Source: Octopus sinensis (Eukaryota). From it: a DNA stretch of 64,000 nt. The notes under the pieces are model-generated. The model was not told where the DNA came from. It searched no databases and worked only from the letters and a program-made list of their open reading frames with translations. The DNA lies in the NCBI RefSeq assembly GCF_006345805.1, contig NC_043015.1, positions 13,454,001 to 13,518,000 on the forward strand, in the 5' to 3' direction. Numbering within the stretch: position 1 is the first letter of the stretch; every line of letters starts with the position of its first letter. The position numbers were made by a program, and so were the translations under genes. Positions 23,785 to 38,300 of this stretch are shown here, piece after piece.

Positions 23785-23995
23785 ACAGGCAGTGAGCTGG
23801 CAGAATCGTTAGGACGCCGGGCAAAGTAGCGACATTTCGTCCGTCATTGCGTTCTGATTTCAAATTCACACCGCAGTCGACTTTACCTTTCATCCTTTCG
23901 AGGTCGATAAAATAAGCACCAGTAAAGCACTGGGATCGATGTAATCTACTTACCCACTCCCCACGAAATTGCTGACCTTGTGCCGAAATTTGAAA
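23785..23995 (+). mobile_element. SINE family B with 19-bp TSD (1 mismatch)
   Basis: TSD tcaatattttaact(a/g)ttca at 23766-23784 and 23996-24014. Confidence 0.88.
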
Positions 23996-24298
23996 TCAAT
24001 ATTTTAACTGTTCATGAATATTATTAATATTTCAGCGTTACATTCAATCACAATAAATGAGGTAGTTAAAGTAATTGTATATAACTGAACGATGTCCAGT
24101 CTGGTGCGTTTTATTAGAAGACAGAGCTGCACATCACATTGACATCCACCATTTATTGAGACATCTAAAGACTATAGATCTATGTTTCATTCATTTCCTT
24201 TATATCGCTGTAGGTGAACTATAGCGTCGTTGGCTACAGGTTTCTACCGACCTAATAACTAAGTCACTGAATTTCCAGTGGAGCGAGCGAGCGAGCGA

Positions 24299-24350
<52 letters not shown>

Positions 24351-24479
24351 ACAGCGAGAGACAGACAGACAGACAGACAGAGAGAATAGAGTGTTTGTAA
24401 CTCGGTGCAGAACTAATAACACGAAGAACTTAGCTCATATGTATAGCATAAGTTTTCCAGCTTTCTCTCATATCTATTA

Positions 24480-24616
24480 TCCACATGGTTCCACGTTCAG
24501 TCCCACTCCGTGACACTTTGGGCTAGTGTCTTCGACTATGGCCTCGGGCCGACCAAAGCATTGTGAGTGGATTTGGTAGACGGAAACTGAAAGAAGCCCG
24601 TCGTATACATACATAC

Positions 24617-24660
<44 letters not shown>

Positions 24661-24866
24661 GTTTTTATGTCTGTCTGTGTGTCTGTAGAGGTTTGTCCCC
24701 CCCCCATCACCACTTGACAACCGGTGCTTGTATGTTTACGTTCCCGTAACTTAGCGTAACTTCTTAAGTACTAGGCTTAAGAAATAAGTCCAGAGTTGAT
24801 TTGTTCAACTAAAACCCTTCAAGCATGGCTGCAGTCAAATGACTGAAACAAGTGAACGAATAAAAG
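24480..24866 (+). mobile_element. SINE family A, 5'-truncated
   Basis: gtgagtggatttggtagacggaaactgaaagaagcccgtcg core and gcagtcaaatgactgaaacaag tail. Confidence 0.82.
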
Positions 24867-25099
24867 AATATATACATGCAAAAATGCATAAATACATACA
24901 TACATACATACTACATACATACATACATACATACATGAAGTTACACGAAAATTACCATAAACGTTCTCTATGGGACAATATCGTTGTAGTTCAGACTTCT
25001 GCCGCTAGAAGCCACTTGATGCGACTCCCAGGCATCAGGCTACCGACCGGCGTCTTCGTCTGTGGTATTACTGTCACGCTATTCGTCTTTGTTTTGCAG

Positions 25100-25676
25100 T
25101 GCTTCTCTGTTCGTCGAATTTTGCGATAGCTGAAACGAAAGAACAGCGTCCTTCCATGAAATTCTGTTTTCTCTCAGGGAAAACAGCAGCCGAAAACATC
25201 GGCCAAACCACCTTACATGGATGCTGCCATGAGCAAAACACAAGTTTACGAGTGGTTTTCACGCTGATTTGTTTCATCCATGCGAAAGGAATTGTCCACA
25301 CAGAATTTGTTCCTCCTGGTCAAACCAGACATTTTACGTGGCAGCTCTGAAGTATTTGTGAGATGCAGTGAGACGAAAATGCCTCAACCTGTGGCATAGT
25401 GGAGAATAATGGTTTCATCACGACAATGCGCCTGCGCACACCGCTTGAGTGTGAGACAGTTTTTAACTAAAAGTGGCATGACCCCGCTTACTTGACCTTG
25501 CTCCCCGCGACATTATTTTTGTTCCTCCAAATGAAAAAGTCGTTAAAGGAAAACGTTTGCAGGTGTGGAAGAGGTGAAGAAGAAAACGACGAAGGCGCTG
25601 TAAGGTACCACTTCCCAAGAGTCCCAGGACTGCTTCGAACATTGCAAAACTTCAGTTTCTTTTGGGTACCCCATAG
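25100..25676 (+). mobile_element. Mariner, internally deleted and decayed (irritans-like)
   Basis: EQRPSMKFCFLSGKTAAE..HAKGIVHTEFVPPGQT..WFHHDNAPAH..DLAPRD..FLQMKKSLK; right TIR-like ttttgggtacccc ~25660-25673. Confidence 0.78.
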
Positions 25677-25948
25677 AAGAATGTTGTTGACAGTGACTTC
25701 GAAGTTTTGACCAGCTAAGCCATTGTCGGACTGCGATGCATTAGAGTTAATCTTGCCTTTATAGTTTCCGTTGAGTTAAAATCATCTTTGGGTGTGTGGC
25801 TTTGATTAGGCTGGGAATTAGGTTTTTGTGAGAATGTGAGGAAGTGATTTTGAAAATTGCTTTTAATTTATTAAACCTAAACAGGTTCATATGACATACA
25901 CGAAAGAATTAGTTATTTAAACTGCTTTTCTTTAAGATCATTATAAAA

Positions 25949-25988
<40 letters not shown>

Positions 25989-26414
25989 TTTTGCGGGCGG
26001 CGAACATAAAAACATTTCATCTTACCCGTAAGAAAATTAAATAAATGTACAATCTAGATGTGGATAATCTCGGACCTAGATTTCGAACTTTCCAAATTAC
26101 ATTTGTTAACGTAAATTTGATTAGTTCTCGTTGACTAGATTCACGTAGACAAAATTTCAAATGTCGCTACATCAATGCCAATATTACTCGTCTGACCGAC
26201 AAGATTTGGCCGTCAACAGACCGAGAACATTTGGCATCACTCCAGAATATTTAATTTAAATATAGAATATAAACATAGAGCAGAGTAATTAAATAGGTAG
26301 AGTCCCTTATAGCCCCTTCTACAATAGCGAAGCATGCGGATCATATTAATCTACATTAATTAATTTTACTGGGATTTCAGTGGTCACTTTAGCGGATAAG
26401 GGAAAGGATCGTAC

Positions 26415-26480
<66 letters not shown>

Positions 26481-26481
<1 letters not shown>

Positions 26482-26850
26482 GGTCGTCCCTCAGAACGCC
26501 CCAACACTGTTTCCACATGTTTTCCCCATTCACCTCGATCTTCCATAATGGTCCTCAGCTCCTGTACACCTTCCATACCAGTATCCTCGATTAAGTTGTC
26601 GATATAGGTCGTCTTCCTCGTTCCTCTCCTGGCTCTTCCTTCCGTTGGTTGCCAGAGCACTAGCTTGTTAGCAATTTCATCGGTATGTCTGATGCAGTGT
26701 CCAGCTAGCCTCATCTTTCTATGCTGTATCTTCAATGTTACTTTTGGTAGTCTCTGATATAAGTCGGCGTTTGTTGTATGACTCTTCCAGGAAACATTGA
26801 GTGCCATTCGAAGCATCCTCGTATAACAACCGGGCAACTGCTTCTTCCTA
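26481..26850 (-). mobile_element. RTE-clade LINE 3' end with (TAGA)n tail
   Basis: ORF 26475-26837: GCYTRMLRMALNVSWKSHTTNADLY..RKMRLAGHCIRH..LVLWQPTEGRARRG..TYIDNL..MEDRGEW; (ATCT)n at 26415-26480. Confidence 0.9.
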
Positions 26851-26959
26851 CTTTTGTATTTCGATTTTTTGGGGTTAGGAACCCTTCGGGGGGGGGGGGA
26901 TTTAGTTTTGCAAGCTAGTTTTTCTACTTGTGTGTGTGTGTGTGTGTGTGTGTGTTTAG

Positions 26960-27720
26960 GATTGTCTTGTATAAGCAGAATATCATTGCTACAAAAGCCA
27001 ATTGACTGCGTGCAGTTCCGTTGTGTCGTTAATACGTGGTTTTGTTTTGCTAATGATGATGGTTTCTTTTGTCCTTAGTTTTCCAATGTTTCATACTGTG
27101 GTATCAACAGAAACTCGAATGCTTTGGGTGTGGTAATTTCGGTGATTTTCACGAAAGAAGCATTATCATAGAGATGTTTTTTTTTAATTAGTATGCGTGA
27201 GGATCTGATGGTACTTCATTGCTTTCACTATACGTTATTTTGAGCACCGCATAAAACCGCAGACATATATTTTCATCGTTTATTGGGCACTTGGGCAATG
27301 TGGGTATGGGTTGTTTTGTATTGGTCCGGTTTTTGTAAGGAACCTCCTCATAGACGTTCCAGAGTGTGCAAGTCGAATATTTAATCCTTCCCAACAGATG
27401 TTATCCCTGAATGTACTTTTTGTTAGGTCTGTTGATATCCTGGTGTTTGGTGTAAGAGTATGAATGACCATTCTCTATAAGGACTTTTCGGAATTGTATG
27501 ATGCTGTTTTTTTGTCTCCTGCCTCACTGAATTTATTGCGTATCTCGTGGCTCTCACTTCTTATGTTGGCCCTCTTAACTCTGATGGGTAGCGATGAATT
27601 GTAATGCACATGTATCGTTGTACATGCTGCTTTTCTGTAAACGCTAGGGGAGAAGGATTCCTACTCAGTGATTTTGAGTTGCACATCATGTAGAGGTAAG
27701 GAACCGGTATTATCGGAGTT
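26960..27720 (-). mobile_element. Penelope-like element fragment (RT thumb + GIY-YIG endonuclease), heavily decayed
   Basis: Frameshifted minus translation: PIRVKRANIRSESHEIRNKFS..ENGH..; PSD..LYDNASFVKITE..; KETIIISKTKPRIN (resembles the PLE C-terminal EALxIKxxKPxLN). Confidence 0.55.
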
Positions 27721-27832
27721 GTAATCTCGAAATATCGCAATATTTAGATAAAAGTACACACATTTGGCTTATCTTATTCCTTATAAAAAACAATTATCTA
27801 TATCAGACAAGCTTCATGTAAGCTATGATACA

Positions 27833-27871
<39 letters not shown>

Positions 27872-27884
27872 TTTTTGTGTGTAT

Positions 27885-27921
<37 letters not shown>

Positions 27922-28320
27922 AACATATTTAAAGTTATATCTATCTATCTGTCTGTCTGTCTCTATGTATGTATGTATGTATGTATGTATATACGTATAT
28001 ATGTGTGTGTTTGCTTGTATGCGTGCACGCGATTGTACCCTCGAAGAGCCTACGCACAGTAGTCGTCTACCAAATTTCACTCACAAGATATTCGTCAACC
28101 ACAGGCTACAGTAAAAGGTTGGCATGTAGTATAACTAACTTCGGAACCAAGTAGTTGCAAAATATATGTCTTAACTACACAGCCAAATCTGTTTATAGAA
28201 TTTCTTCCCCCTTAAATGGAGGCATATATACTCATAAAAATAAATATACGTGTGATAATACACGTATATACGTGTGAAAGGTGTCATAACATATCTGTTT
28301 TTTTTGTGACTGGAGACTGA

Positions 28321-28400
28321 GTTACTAATTATAACATATATACTAACATAGTTACTAATTATAACATATATACTAACATAGTTACTAATTATAACATATA
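28321..28400. repeat. 30-bp minisatellite x2.7 (gttactaattataacatatatactaacata)
   Basis: Perfect contiguous copies. Confidence 0.92.
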
Positions 28401-30504
28401 ATTATAACTTTAATAAACATGCATTTCTTTTCATAAAAGCACATAGGAAAATGTATATAGCTGTTGCGATCCAATATGTTTATAACATAATTCCCAAGAA
28501 GATGTTCAGGAAACCTGCCTACTTGTAATATTTATAAGCTTGAGGATCATATTTCAAAAGAGAATGTTCTCAAGACAAATTATTACAGTAAATATGTTTA
28601 GTTTTCGAATCTCTAATAAGCTTTCATAGGGATCATACATATATAACCAAGACTAAAGTATACAATTTTGCCCTGTTTTCATTTTGAAAACTGCTTGATT
28701 ATATATGTACGGCACAAAAAGGATTTGAAAATGTTATAGTACTGCTTATATATCTGTTACAGTACTTTCACATTATCTACATGCAAAAATAGTCCTCTGC
28801 CTTATAAGAAAACCTTAACCAACAAACATTCTTGATGTAGTTTGCCACAGTTAAGTAGCATGTTTTCACCTTTCTCGTTCTCTTACAACTCTCATAGCCA
28901 ACCTTATTTCTACGACCTTAAAACATCCTTTCTCTCTCTCCCCCCTCTCTCTCTACAATAGACTAATCTTTGCATCCACTTCTCCTCTTTAATACGAAAT
29001 CCTGTACTAAAACTTTAGTAAATCGTGTTCTACAGAACTGCATTCTTTTAAAACTATTTCCTCCTGTTGCAGTTAAGTTGTAAGATTTGAAACTGAACAT
29101 TAACCGCATTAATGTCATAAATATCCATATATAAGTAGTTGGGAATGCTCTAAAAGCTTGTGGGCACTGTTGCCCTTATTCTTTCACTTTCTCTTCCCCA
29201 CTTCTCCAACTCCTTACTTCTTGTCTCCACCTCCAACTTCTTTTCTCCTCCTCCTTACTTTCTGACTTACTTATAAATAAATATTTACCTATCTCTAATA
29301 AATTAATTTACCGAGACATGGACGAAAATCAATTTATTTAAAGATAACTCACTTTAAACACATTTTCATAATGAAATCTTTTGAAAAACTATAACATATA
29401 CCCTACTTTGCATATTTGCCCAAGTCATATGAGTAAGTTGTGTGTCTGGGAAGATAAGACATGAAACAAACTTTAGAAATGATAGTAACACTTCAAAGTG
29501 TCTTAATACAAAAACAAAATGTGACATATTTACCTTGCTTTCCTTTTTACTTCTTTTCTTATCAAAACTAAATACATTTACACTAATGAAGCGGACAAGA
29601 GAAATCTCTCTAGGAGTGCCAGTCCAACCCAAGTTACAAATGTGATGATTTTAACAATAACACACATCACTAGTAATTTAATATTTGTTTACCAAATGGT
29701 TCTCTGACTAATTTCATCGACCTCGTCAATACCCAATAATAAAAAAAAATGGGAACTATTGAAACTTCTCTCAGATCATGCGTAATGCAGTCATAGATTT
29801 ACAGCCGAGTTTTGTCTCCTTGCTCAATAAGGTAACTTAGTCTTTCGATAAAGAGGGAATGATACAATAAATATCAGACTGAAAGAAGTACTAGAGTAGA
29901 TATCATCCTCGAAAAGGTGGAGCTCCAATACGGCGGCGCTGTAATGAATGAAGTTAGTGAAACAGGAATATATGTTAATATTTATGCTTCAGATACTTTA
30001 TGTATAAGCTAATATCAAATATGATTCCAAAAGTGGAGATAACAGCTATATTTTGACAGTGGCGCAATACCTAGAAGTTGTATTCAGTTTCATAAGAATA
30101 TTTAGATGAGCCAAAACCAGACTTTTCTATGATTGTTGAGGAGTCAATATCATACGTAGTACTTAGCTTCTTCCCCCACCTTTATTCATTTACAATTTGG
30201 TAAAGACAGGTGTTATTAAAAAAAAAAAGAATTGCTCATCAATGATCTCTGTGAAGCATAAACTATTTTCATTGATTTTCATTACTGAAAATTCAAATTT
30301 TATTATTAGAGAACTTTATGAATGGTGATTAAGTTATCAATATTCTTTCGAAATTCTAAGTTTATGTTGAAGAACAAACTATATCGCAACCAAGAGCAAA
30401 TCTTCCGCAAAAATATTGGGATACTACACTTTGGAATATCAAAATATTTTCAAGCACCGTTGATGTCTGCTCACAAGAATTAAACAGTCGTAAATTGAGA
30501 GAAA

Positions 30505-30735
30505 GTGGAGTCGCACGGCTCAGTAAATAGCGCGTTGGACTCATGGTCGTAAGATTGTCGTTTCGATTCCTGGACGGACGATACATTGTGTTCTTGAGTA
30601 AAACACCTCATTTCACGTTGCTCCAGTCCACTCAGCTGGTAGAAATGAGTAATCCTGCGACGGGCTGGCGTCCCGTCCAGGGAAGAATATATACGCCAGA
30701 GAAACCGGGAAACGGGCCCCATACTCCTTACAGAG
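30505..30735 (+). mobile_element. tRNA-derived SINE family C with conserved-core-like domain
   Basis: Head gtggagtcgcacggctcagtaaatagcgcgttggactc...gtttcgattcctgg; core cctgcgacgggctggcgtcccgtccaggg resembling V/CORE-type SINE central domains. Confidence 0.7.
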
Positions 30736-32514
30736 TAATGTAGATAGATCAACCCTAAACAAATTTAGAGAAAAAAAATCTTCTCACAAGAAAAGAACAG
30801 CATACCATAATCCCATTATGATCTAATTCCACAAAGGTCATTCATCAGAGAGAGTTCACAAATGTATTCTGACCTTGCTCATTGAGATATCCTCTGTTAC
30901 AGATAAACAGGTGGCCTTGAACGATAACTAAAATCAACACTATTATGGAATGAACTGAATGACAGAAACGTTAGTACACCGGATAAATGCTGACACATAA
31001 ATGTTCTGAGTTCAAATCTTGTAAGGAACTATAAAATAAGTGGCAGTCCTATGCTTCAAACATGAGAGACAAAATAATTTGGTCAACGACATCTACTGGC
31101 ATTGCAAAAGAAACAGCTTTACAAAGCTATTGTTATTCCTGCAGACATTGAGATTTAGAAAATTCACAGTCAAAATATCATGGCGGTTTCATGTGTTCTA
31201 CTAAAGATGTCTACGAAAGAACACATACAGGGACAGAATCATCAGAGCAGAAATTTTACAAATAGCATATTCTCAACCATTAGCAGATATTGTCCGGTAG
31301 CGACCTCTCTGGTTTGAAGGGTATGTATTGTGCATGTCAGAAAAACAACATGAGACATGAAACCAGAAACAGAAAATTCCCAAAAATGAAGTTGATGCTC
31401 AAAAGCGGTAAGGTCGACTTTGCCTTTCATCCTTCCGGGGTCGATAAATTAAGTACCAGTTACGCACTGGGGTCGATGTAATCGACTTAATCCGTTTGTC
31501 TGTCCTTGTTTGTCCCCTCTGTGTTTAGCCCCTTGTGGGTAATAAAGAAATAGGTAGGAATACTGGTAGAACAGGATCAACCGGCACTGACTCTACAGAA
31601 TTAACACCAAAGATATGACCACTGTCATAAGTAGTTGTCAGAAAGTGTTTCTACGTTAATTGTTACCCTTGAGGTATGATGGTGTAGTCAAGATTATACG
31701 ATGCAATCGTAGAAATAATTGTCTCGAAGATGGAAATATAAGTTACAGCAATACTGAAGACACATTCACCTACATCACGAAATAATGTTAATAGAATGTT
31801 CCCGTCAAAAATAATGTATAATGTACGCACTAGAGACCAGACATAATGATCTGAGATGGAAATAAGAAACCTGTACATATTAATAGAAATTCGTTTTAAG
31901 TAAGACATTAAGATATGTTGAAGACAAAGGATGAAGAAAATATCTATAAGAAATTTTCAGATTTACACCAGGATACTAGCTTTATATATATGATTGGTGA
32001 GGCATTTGGATATGTAGCTAAGTGTATCAGCGCCAGTTTTGAATAGTTAGGCTTCACAAAACTAGCTATTTAGGAAATTATAATTACAAGCTACTAATGG
32101 AACTGTTAAAATAAGTGGAACATTGCAGAACTTAAGACTGTTATATTTACATATATACACGTGTAGAAATATAAAAACTTATGCATGTGTACACATTTAC
32201 AAGCAAAAATACACAGATTAATACACACAGTTATATGCAAGCGGCATTGTACACATAAGCATGTGCAGGTTCAAACAAGCATACATTAGGTTTCTCAAAA
32301 CCAGAAAGGAGAAAGCTGATTCGAAGACTACAGATCCAATCCATTACTAGAACTGAAAAAATCTGTAAAACTTTCCAGAAGTTTATCACGTAAGTATATA
32401 AGAGCATGTTTAGATATGCATAAGAAGACATATATAAAACAAAACATACAAATCTACACGTATACATACATGTTTCTTTCTCTATTGGCATACATACATA
32501 CATACATACATACA

Positions 32515-32548
<34 letters not shown>

Positions 32549-32560
32549 CATACATACATA

Positions 32561-32925
32561 CATAACCCTGAGCACCTTTTCAAACTCCAGCGGTCTAACA
32601 CCGTTGGACATGTTTACAAAGTCAGAAAACAGCACAGCTCCCATGACTTTTTTCACGCTAAGAGTTGCTGAAGTATGGAACAAACTGCCGGCATCAGTTG
32701 TTAGTTGTCGGAGCACTGCATCCTTCAAAACTTCCATGCTTTCTGTGATTCGCCAACACTACACCTGATGTTCTCCCCTCCATACACACGAAAGTATGTA
32801 TCTAACTCATACACTGTTCACTTTCCAGACATTTGTACATTACTGCATATGCTTTATACGCACTTTTGACAAGTTGTGGTGCACCTGAGCACTGTATACA
32901 ATAATTTCATTATTATTATTATTAT
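32561..32925 (+). mobile_element. CR1 LINE 3' end + UTR + (ATT)n tail (copy 1)
   Basis: HNPEHLFKLQRSNTVGHVYKVRKQHSSHDFFTLRVAEVWNKLPASVVSCRSTASFKTSM. Confidence 0.85.
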
Positions 32926-33593
32926 AATAACAAAAAGTATGTATCGTCAGCGAGATCAGCTACCCTACTGCTATGAAAATCTCTTCGAAAATTTCAGAGA
33001 AAACGAATAACTACGGACTGCTGCTTCGAAACCTCCAGCTTGTACACCCAGATTATAAATTTACGTTTATACCAATAACTGGCGAACTTGGTTTTATGAG
33101 TAAATGTTTTAGAGATAATCTCTTATAACTGAGGTTTTCAGAAAAAGAAATCAACCAGCTAAGAAGCACATTACAAATACTATCTGTAAGCGGCACAGTA
33201 AAAATGTGTATGACTTTCTCATATTCAAAATGTGAATTTGTTTTTAAAATCTACATTCCAACGATGGGACTTCGTATATTTATTAGAAACCAGCTTCTTT
33301 TTTACAAGAAGATTTCAAATAATTACAAATAGAAGAGAGCATACAAGTATGCATACAAACATTTATCCATACATTCATGCACATATACATACATACATAC
33401 ATAATACATACATAATACATACATACATATATACATAATACATACATACATACATACATACATACATACATACATACATACATACATACATACATACATA
33501 CATACATACACATATACATACATGCATACATACATACATACATACATACATACATACATACATAATACATACATACATACATACATACATACA

Positions 33594-33624
<31 letters not shown>

Positions 33625-33660
33625 CATACATACATACATACATACATACATACCTACATA

Positions 33661-34022
33661 CATAACTCTGAGCACCTTTTCAACTCCAGCGGTCTAACAC
33701 CGTTGGACATGTTACAAAGTCAGAAAACAGCACAGCTCCCATGACTTTTTTCACGCTAAGAGTTGCTGAAGTATGGAACAAACTGCCGGCATCAGTTGTT
33801 AGTTGTCGGAGCACTGCATCCTTCAAAACTTCCATGCTTTCTGTGATTCGCCAACACTACACCTGATGTTCTCCCCTCCATACACACGAAAGTATGTATC
33901 TAACTCATACACTGTTCACTTTCCAGACATTTGTACATTACTGCATATGCTTTATACGCACTTTTGACAAGTTGTGGTGCACCTGAGCACTGTATACAAT
34001 AATTTCATTATTATTATTATTA
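33661..34022 (+). mobile_element. CR1 LINE 3' end (copy 2, from tandem duplication)
   Basis: Near-identical to 32561-32925. Confidence 0.85.
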
Positions 34023-34501
34023 TAATAACAAAAAGTATGTATCGTCAGCGAGATCAGCTACCCTACTGCTATGAAAATCTCTTCGAAAATTTCAGAGAAA
34101 ACGAATAACTACGGACTGCTGCTTCGAAACCTCCAGCTTGTACACCCAGATTATAAATTTACGTTTATACCAATAACTGGCGAACTTGGTTTTATGAGTA
34201 AATGTTTTAGAGATAATCTCTTATAACTGAGGTTTTCAGAAAAAGAAATCAACCAGCTAAGAAGCACATTACAAATACTATCTGTAAGCGGCACAGTAAA
34301 AATGTGTATGACTTTCTCATATTCAAAATGTGAATTTGTTTTTAAAATCTACATTCCAACGATGGGACTTCGTATATTTATTAGAAACCAGCTTCTTTTT
34401 TACAAGAAGATTTCAAATAATTACAAATAGAAGAGAGCATACAAGTATGCATACAAACATTTATCCATACATTCATGCACATATACATACATACATACAT
34501 A

Positions 34502-34532
<31 letters not shown>

Positions 34533-35101
34533 CATAATACATACATACATACATACATACATACATACATACATACATACATACATACATACATACATAC
34601 ATACATACACATATACATACATGCATACATACATACATACATACATACATACATACATACATACATACATACATACATACATACACATACATACATACAT
34701 ACATACATACATACATACATACATACATACATACGAACATGACTTCCTAGTCATATATTCCAGTGAACGAGTCTTGTTTCTGGGTTGGATGGTTACTCTC
34801 ACTACTGATGAGAAGTCTTTTTTTTTTTTAAATAAAGCAGTACCTGCGTACGTACATACTTACAAACATAATACATACATACCTACATACATACATAAAA
34901 CAGTGACGCACATCTCTCGCATCACGGTAGCACGAGTGAATTCACATTGTATCACGTAGATAATCATTTCCGAGGTACACAATGACACAGAAACACATAT
35001 TATTCACCAATCAGGCATAAGAGTTACCGTGCGCACACTCATTCATACTCATTTACATACAGTAAAATACTTTAAAATATATATATATATATATAATATA
35101 T

Positions 35102-35159
<58 letters not shown>

Positions 35160-35359
35160 CTGATACAATATGATACATACAGACACACCACACATATGCG
35201 TTTTCACACACTCACAGATTTTTTAAAAGAACTAAAAATACACTGGCTGACACAAATACAGTTAATGACCAATCGGATGGAGTTTTAGCGTAAACTTACA
35301 CATAAACAGTCACGTTACACAAACAGATAAGCAAGCAGGCAAACTGGTAGATAGACAGT

Positions 35360-35403
<44 letters not shown>

Positions 35404-35406
35404 GTC

Positions 35407-35442
<36 letters not shown>

Positions 35443-35450
35443 TGACAGTC

Positions 35451-35493
<43 letters not shown>

Positions 35494-35530
35494 TAGACAG
35501 ACAGACAGACACACACACACACACACACAA
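35360..35530. repeat. (CAGA)n/(CA)n microsatellite
   Basis: Directly visible. Confidence 0.95.
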
Positions 35531-35628
35531 ACTTCGATCGTTTAATTCATAAACATTTGCATTCATACATGACACACTTTAAGACATACTTTTACATTGA
35601 GTTTACCACTGAGATACATTCTGATACA

Positions 35629-35675
<47 letters not shown>

Positions 35676-36929
35676 CACACATACACACACACACACACAA
35701 AGAAACGCACACGAGATACATTCACAGAAAATACTGAGTTAATGTCCCAAATTAAAAAGAAACTAATAGATACACATTTTCGCAAGCGTACATACGCTCG
35801 TAAATGCAGTCTTCTCAGCAATTTGTCATCGACAAGTCAAATAGATTCATACAAAATGCATACGCATACGTTGCTTTAAGTACACACGCTGAAATTTATT
35901 AAACACAATTGGTTCACGAAACGGGAAATGGTATGAAACATATGCCTGACATTTTGTAAGATACGTCAAAATAAATGCTTTCCTGAGATGCGGACAGTTA
36001 TAAATGAAGGTTTCAAGTTGTACTGTTGCACGAATATGTCACATAAATTGTGCACATTTAAATGACAGGCAATCTTAAAAGCATACACTGCTTTACAAGA
36101 TCAATCAAAAACTTTCTAAACCAGTGAATCTAAATAGTGAATCTAAATAGGAACAAACGTTATTTTTTAACAATTTAAAGACCTCACATTGCGGGGTTGG
36201 GGCATAGTCGATGAAATCGACTATAGTACTTGATTATTTAAAAAAAACATATTCAGTTTTCAAGCCTTAAATTTATATAGAATGAATATTTATAGGAGAC
36301 TGGAAGAGGAACTATCATTTTTATAGAAAAAGGGTGTTAATATGCGGTTAGTGCTCTTTTCTGAAACTAACATCGATTAGATATTTTAAGAACTTCGTGA
36401 TAAGTAAACGAAAAAAAACAATTTAATTAATTAAACATGTGAATTTTATCCATCGTTTTCCTCATAATTCCTCAATTTGAAATTCACATTTCTGATCCCG
36501 CTAAACATTTGTCTCCAATTTTTGCACAAGGCCAGCAAGTTCGGAGGGAGAGGTTAAGTCGATTACATCGACTCAAGTGCTCAACTAGTACTACTCCAAA
36601 AGGATGAAAAACCAAGGTCTCACTGACTACGAAGGCAAATATCTTCACCCTTTAATTTACAAGTGCATGCTCAAAATAGGCCTGTTTCACACGGACTATA
36701 CTCGCTACTCTCATCACTCTGTACCTTCACATTTCTTTTCTAAAAAACTTAAAAAAAACTTGGCGAAGGCTTCATCAGAGAAGGTGTCTAAACTTCAGTC
36801 CTTTCAATCTCTTTCGCTAAGAAAACCGCATAACTTCTTTCCCTAAGAGCACTAGACAGAAAACACATCCTGGAAAAGAAAGGTGACGGTATGATCTTCA
36901 CAATGGACCCAGCTGATAACTAGATCCGT

Positions 36930-37900
36930 CCTACACATGCAAGTGTTCGACATAACTCTATAAGTCAGCAATGCTCCAGCACTGGATGAGTGCATGCAGA
37001 ACAGTTTCGTCGTTCTGTGTGCATTTCAGACAGGCCAACTGATGGCACTTCCATGCCTGCAGAGTTTATCTCGAACCGGCATTGTCCCCGTTACCACTGC
37101 CTGGCCAAATATTTTGGAAATTATCCATAAGCCTCGACTCCTCCGGAACAGACGAACAGGTTGATTTTCGTCGATGCCCAGAATCTTCTCGAGAGTGTTG
37201 TTGCTCTTTCCTGCTACTAACCGTCTATAGTATACCAAAGTGGGGCTGCATTACCTGTTTCGTAGAGGTCTGTGAGTACCAAATTCCAATCATCCTGTCT
37301 TGTTTTTTGCTTGACTCTGAACTGCAGCTTTGTCAATGAGACGAGCTGTAGAAAGGTCAGTCTAACAACAGTGACCACACTTGTTTATCGCCAAGAAACT
37401 GCTGGAGATGTCACAACTCCAGTGCATGTCTGCTCATCATCAGCCACAGCATACACAGTCCTCCATTCAGTGAGTGTTGGCTTCAGGTGCTCTAATCTGG
37501 TGAGACGTGAACCGGTTCAATGCATGACGGTCAGACGGTAATATATAATGGAGGCGATGTAAGTGTTCTTCACCTATGGCCAACCTTTCAGAGATAGATT
37601 TCTCTCGGACCATTTCTGGGTGAGATTGGTCTCACTGCTTACCACTTCATTCCAGCTCTTCTCCATTAGGAGATATGGATCACACCTTACTCCAAGCAAT
37701 TGAACAAGTCTGTCTATCTAGCGCTCCACTGGATAGCATGAATTGCCTTTTCAGGTGCCGAACAGCAGACTTTTGTAGGCTGATTTTTTTTTCAAATCAC
37801 TTCCTCGTAGAGCCTTAGAGCAGTAAGGATCACCTTGATGTGCCTGGTGTCTAACACTCTTATGGTGATGTCCCCTACCTATGCCAACACGGATCTTTTG
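36930..37900 (-). mobile_element. L1/Tx1-clade LINE ORF2 fragment (RT to CCHC zinc knuckle), decayed
   Basis: LA*VGDITIRV (YADD-like) ..LYEEV..MEKSWNEVVS..KWSERNLSLKG..YIASIIYYRL; GTMPVRDKLCRHGSAIS/ACLKCTQNDETVLHALIQC. Confidence 0.78.
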
Positions 37901-38204
37901 CATCCTAATTAGTGCAGGGTCCCCCTCAGTATCTAATTTTCGCAGTAGCAGCTCAAGAGTCCTGTTGTGGTTGTTTCAGAGTTTCCAGTTGCTGTTGGTG
38001 AAATGTTCCTTTTCAGCAACCGCAAAACTGCTGGTTTCACGGATGCTAGTTTTAGTGCTGCAGCTATCGTCAGTGTTGCTGTTATGACCGCACACTGCTG
38101 TTGGTGCTGCTGCTACTTTTGCTGTTAGAATTGGTACTGTTGGGATGATGGTGTTGGCAAAAATGAAATGTCTTTCTTCTCCCTTTGCTCACTGAACTAA
38201 TGAC

Positions 38205-38300
38205 AGAGCTTGATCTTGAGCAGCCACAAAGAACGTCTCCCTTTAAATTTTTACTCTGGAGACATGACAGGATTTTCCTCACTTTTGGTGTCTCTGTTGA
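38205..38300 (-). mobile_element. Short R4/Dong-type fragment
   Basis: NLKG../FVAAQDQAL resembles the LKxETExxIxAAQDQAL motif. Confidence 0.45.

Larger units (their letters stand above)
32561..34735. repeat. ~1.1-kb tandem duplication bounded by (TACA)n arrays
   Basis: Unit starts 32561 and 33661; ORFs 33232 and 34330 share the same N-terminus (offset 1098). Confidence 0.93.

Noticed and set aside
23762-24015. Pre-insertion 24-mer ttcatcaatattttaactgttcat identical to 51009-51032 upstream of the SLC22 ATG, suggesting a paralog relic
   Set aside because: Flanks share no similarity and no SLC22 coding sequence follows; an AT-rich coincidence is plausible.
28321-28400. CRISPR-like repeats (also 15911-15960)
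   Set aside because: Contiguous tandem units without spacers, in a eukaryotic context.
31144-31320. Exon candidate with good AG and GT sites
   Set aside because: Stops in all three frames and no recognisable product; a non-coding exon cannot be excluded.
31663-31908. Hydrophobic minus-strand ORF (GPCR-like?)
   Set aside because: No diagnostic motif or splice context.
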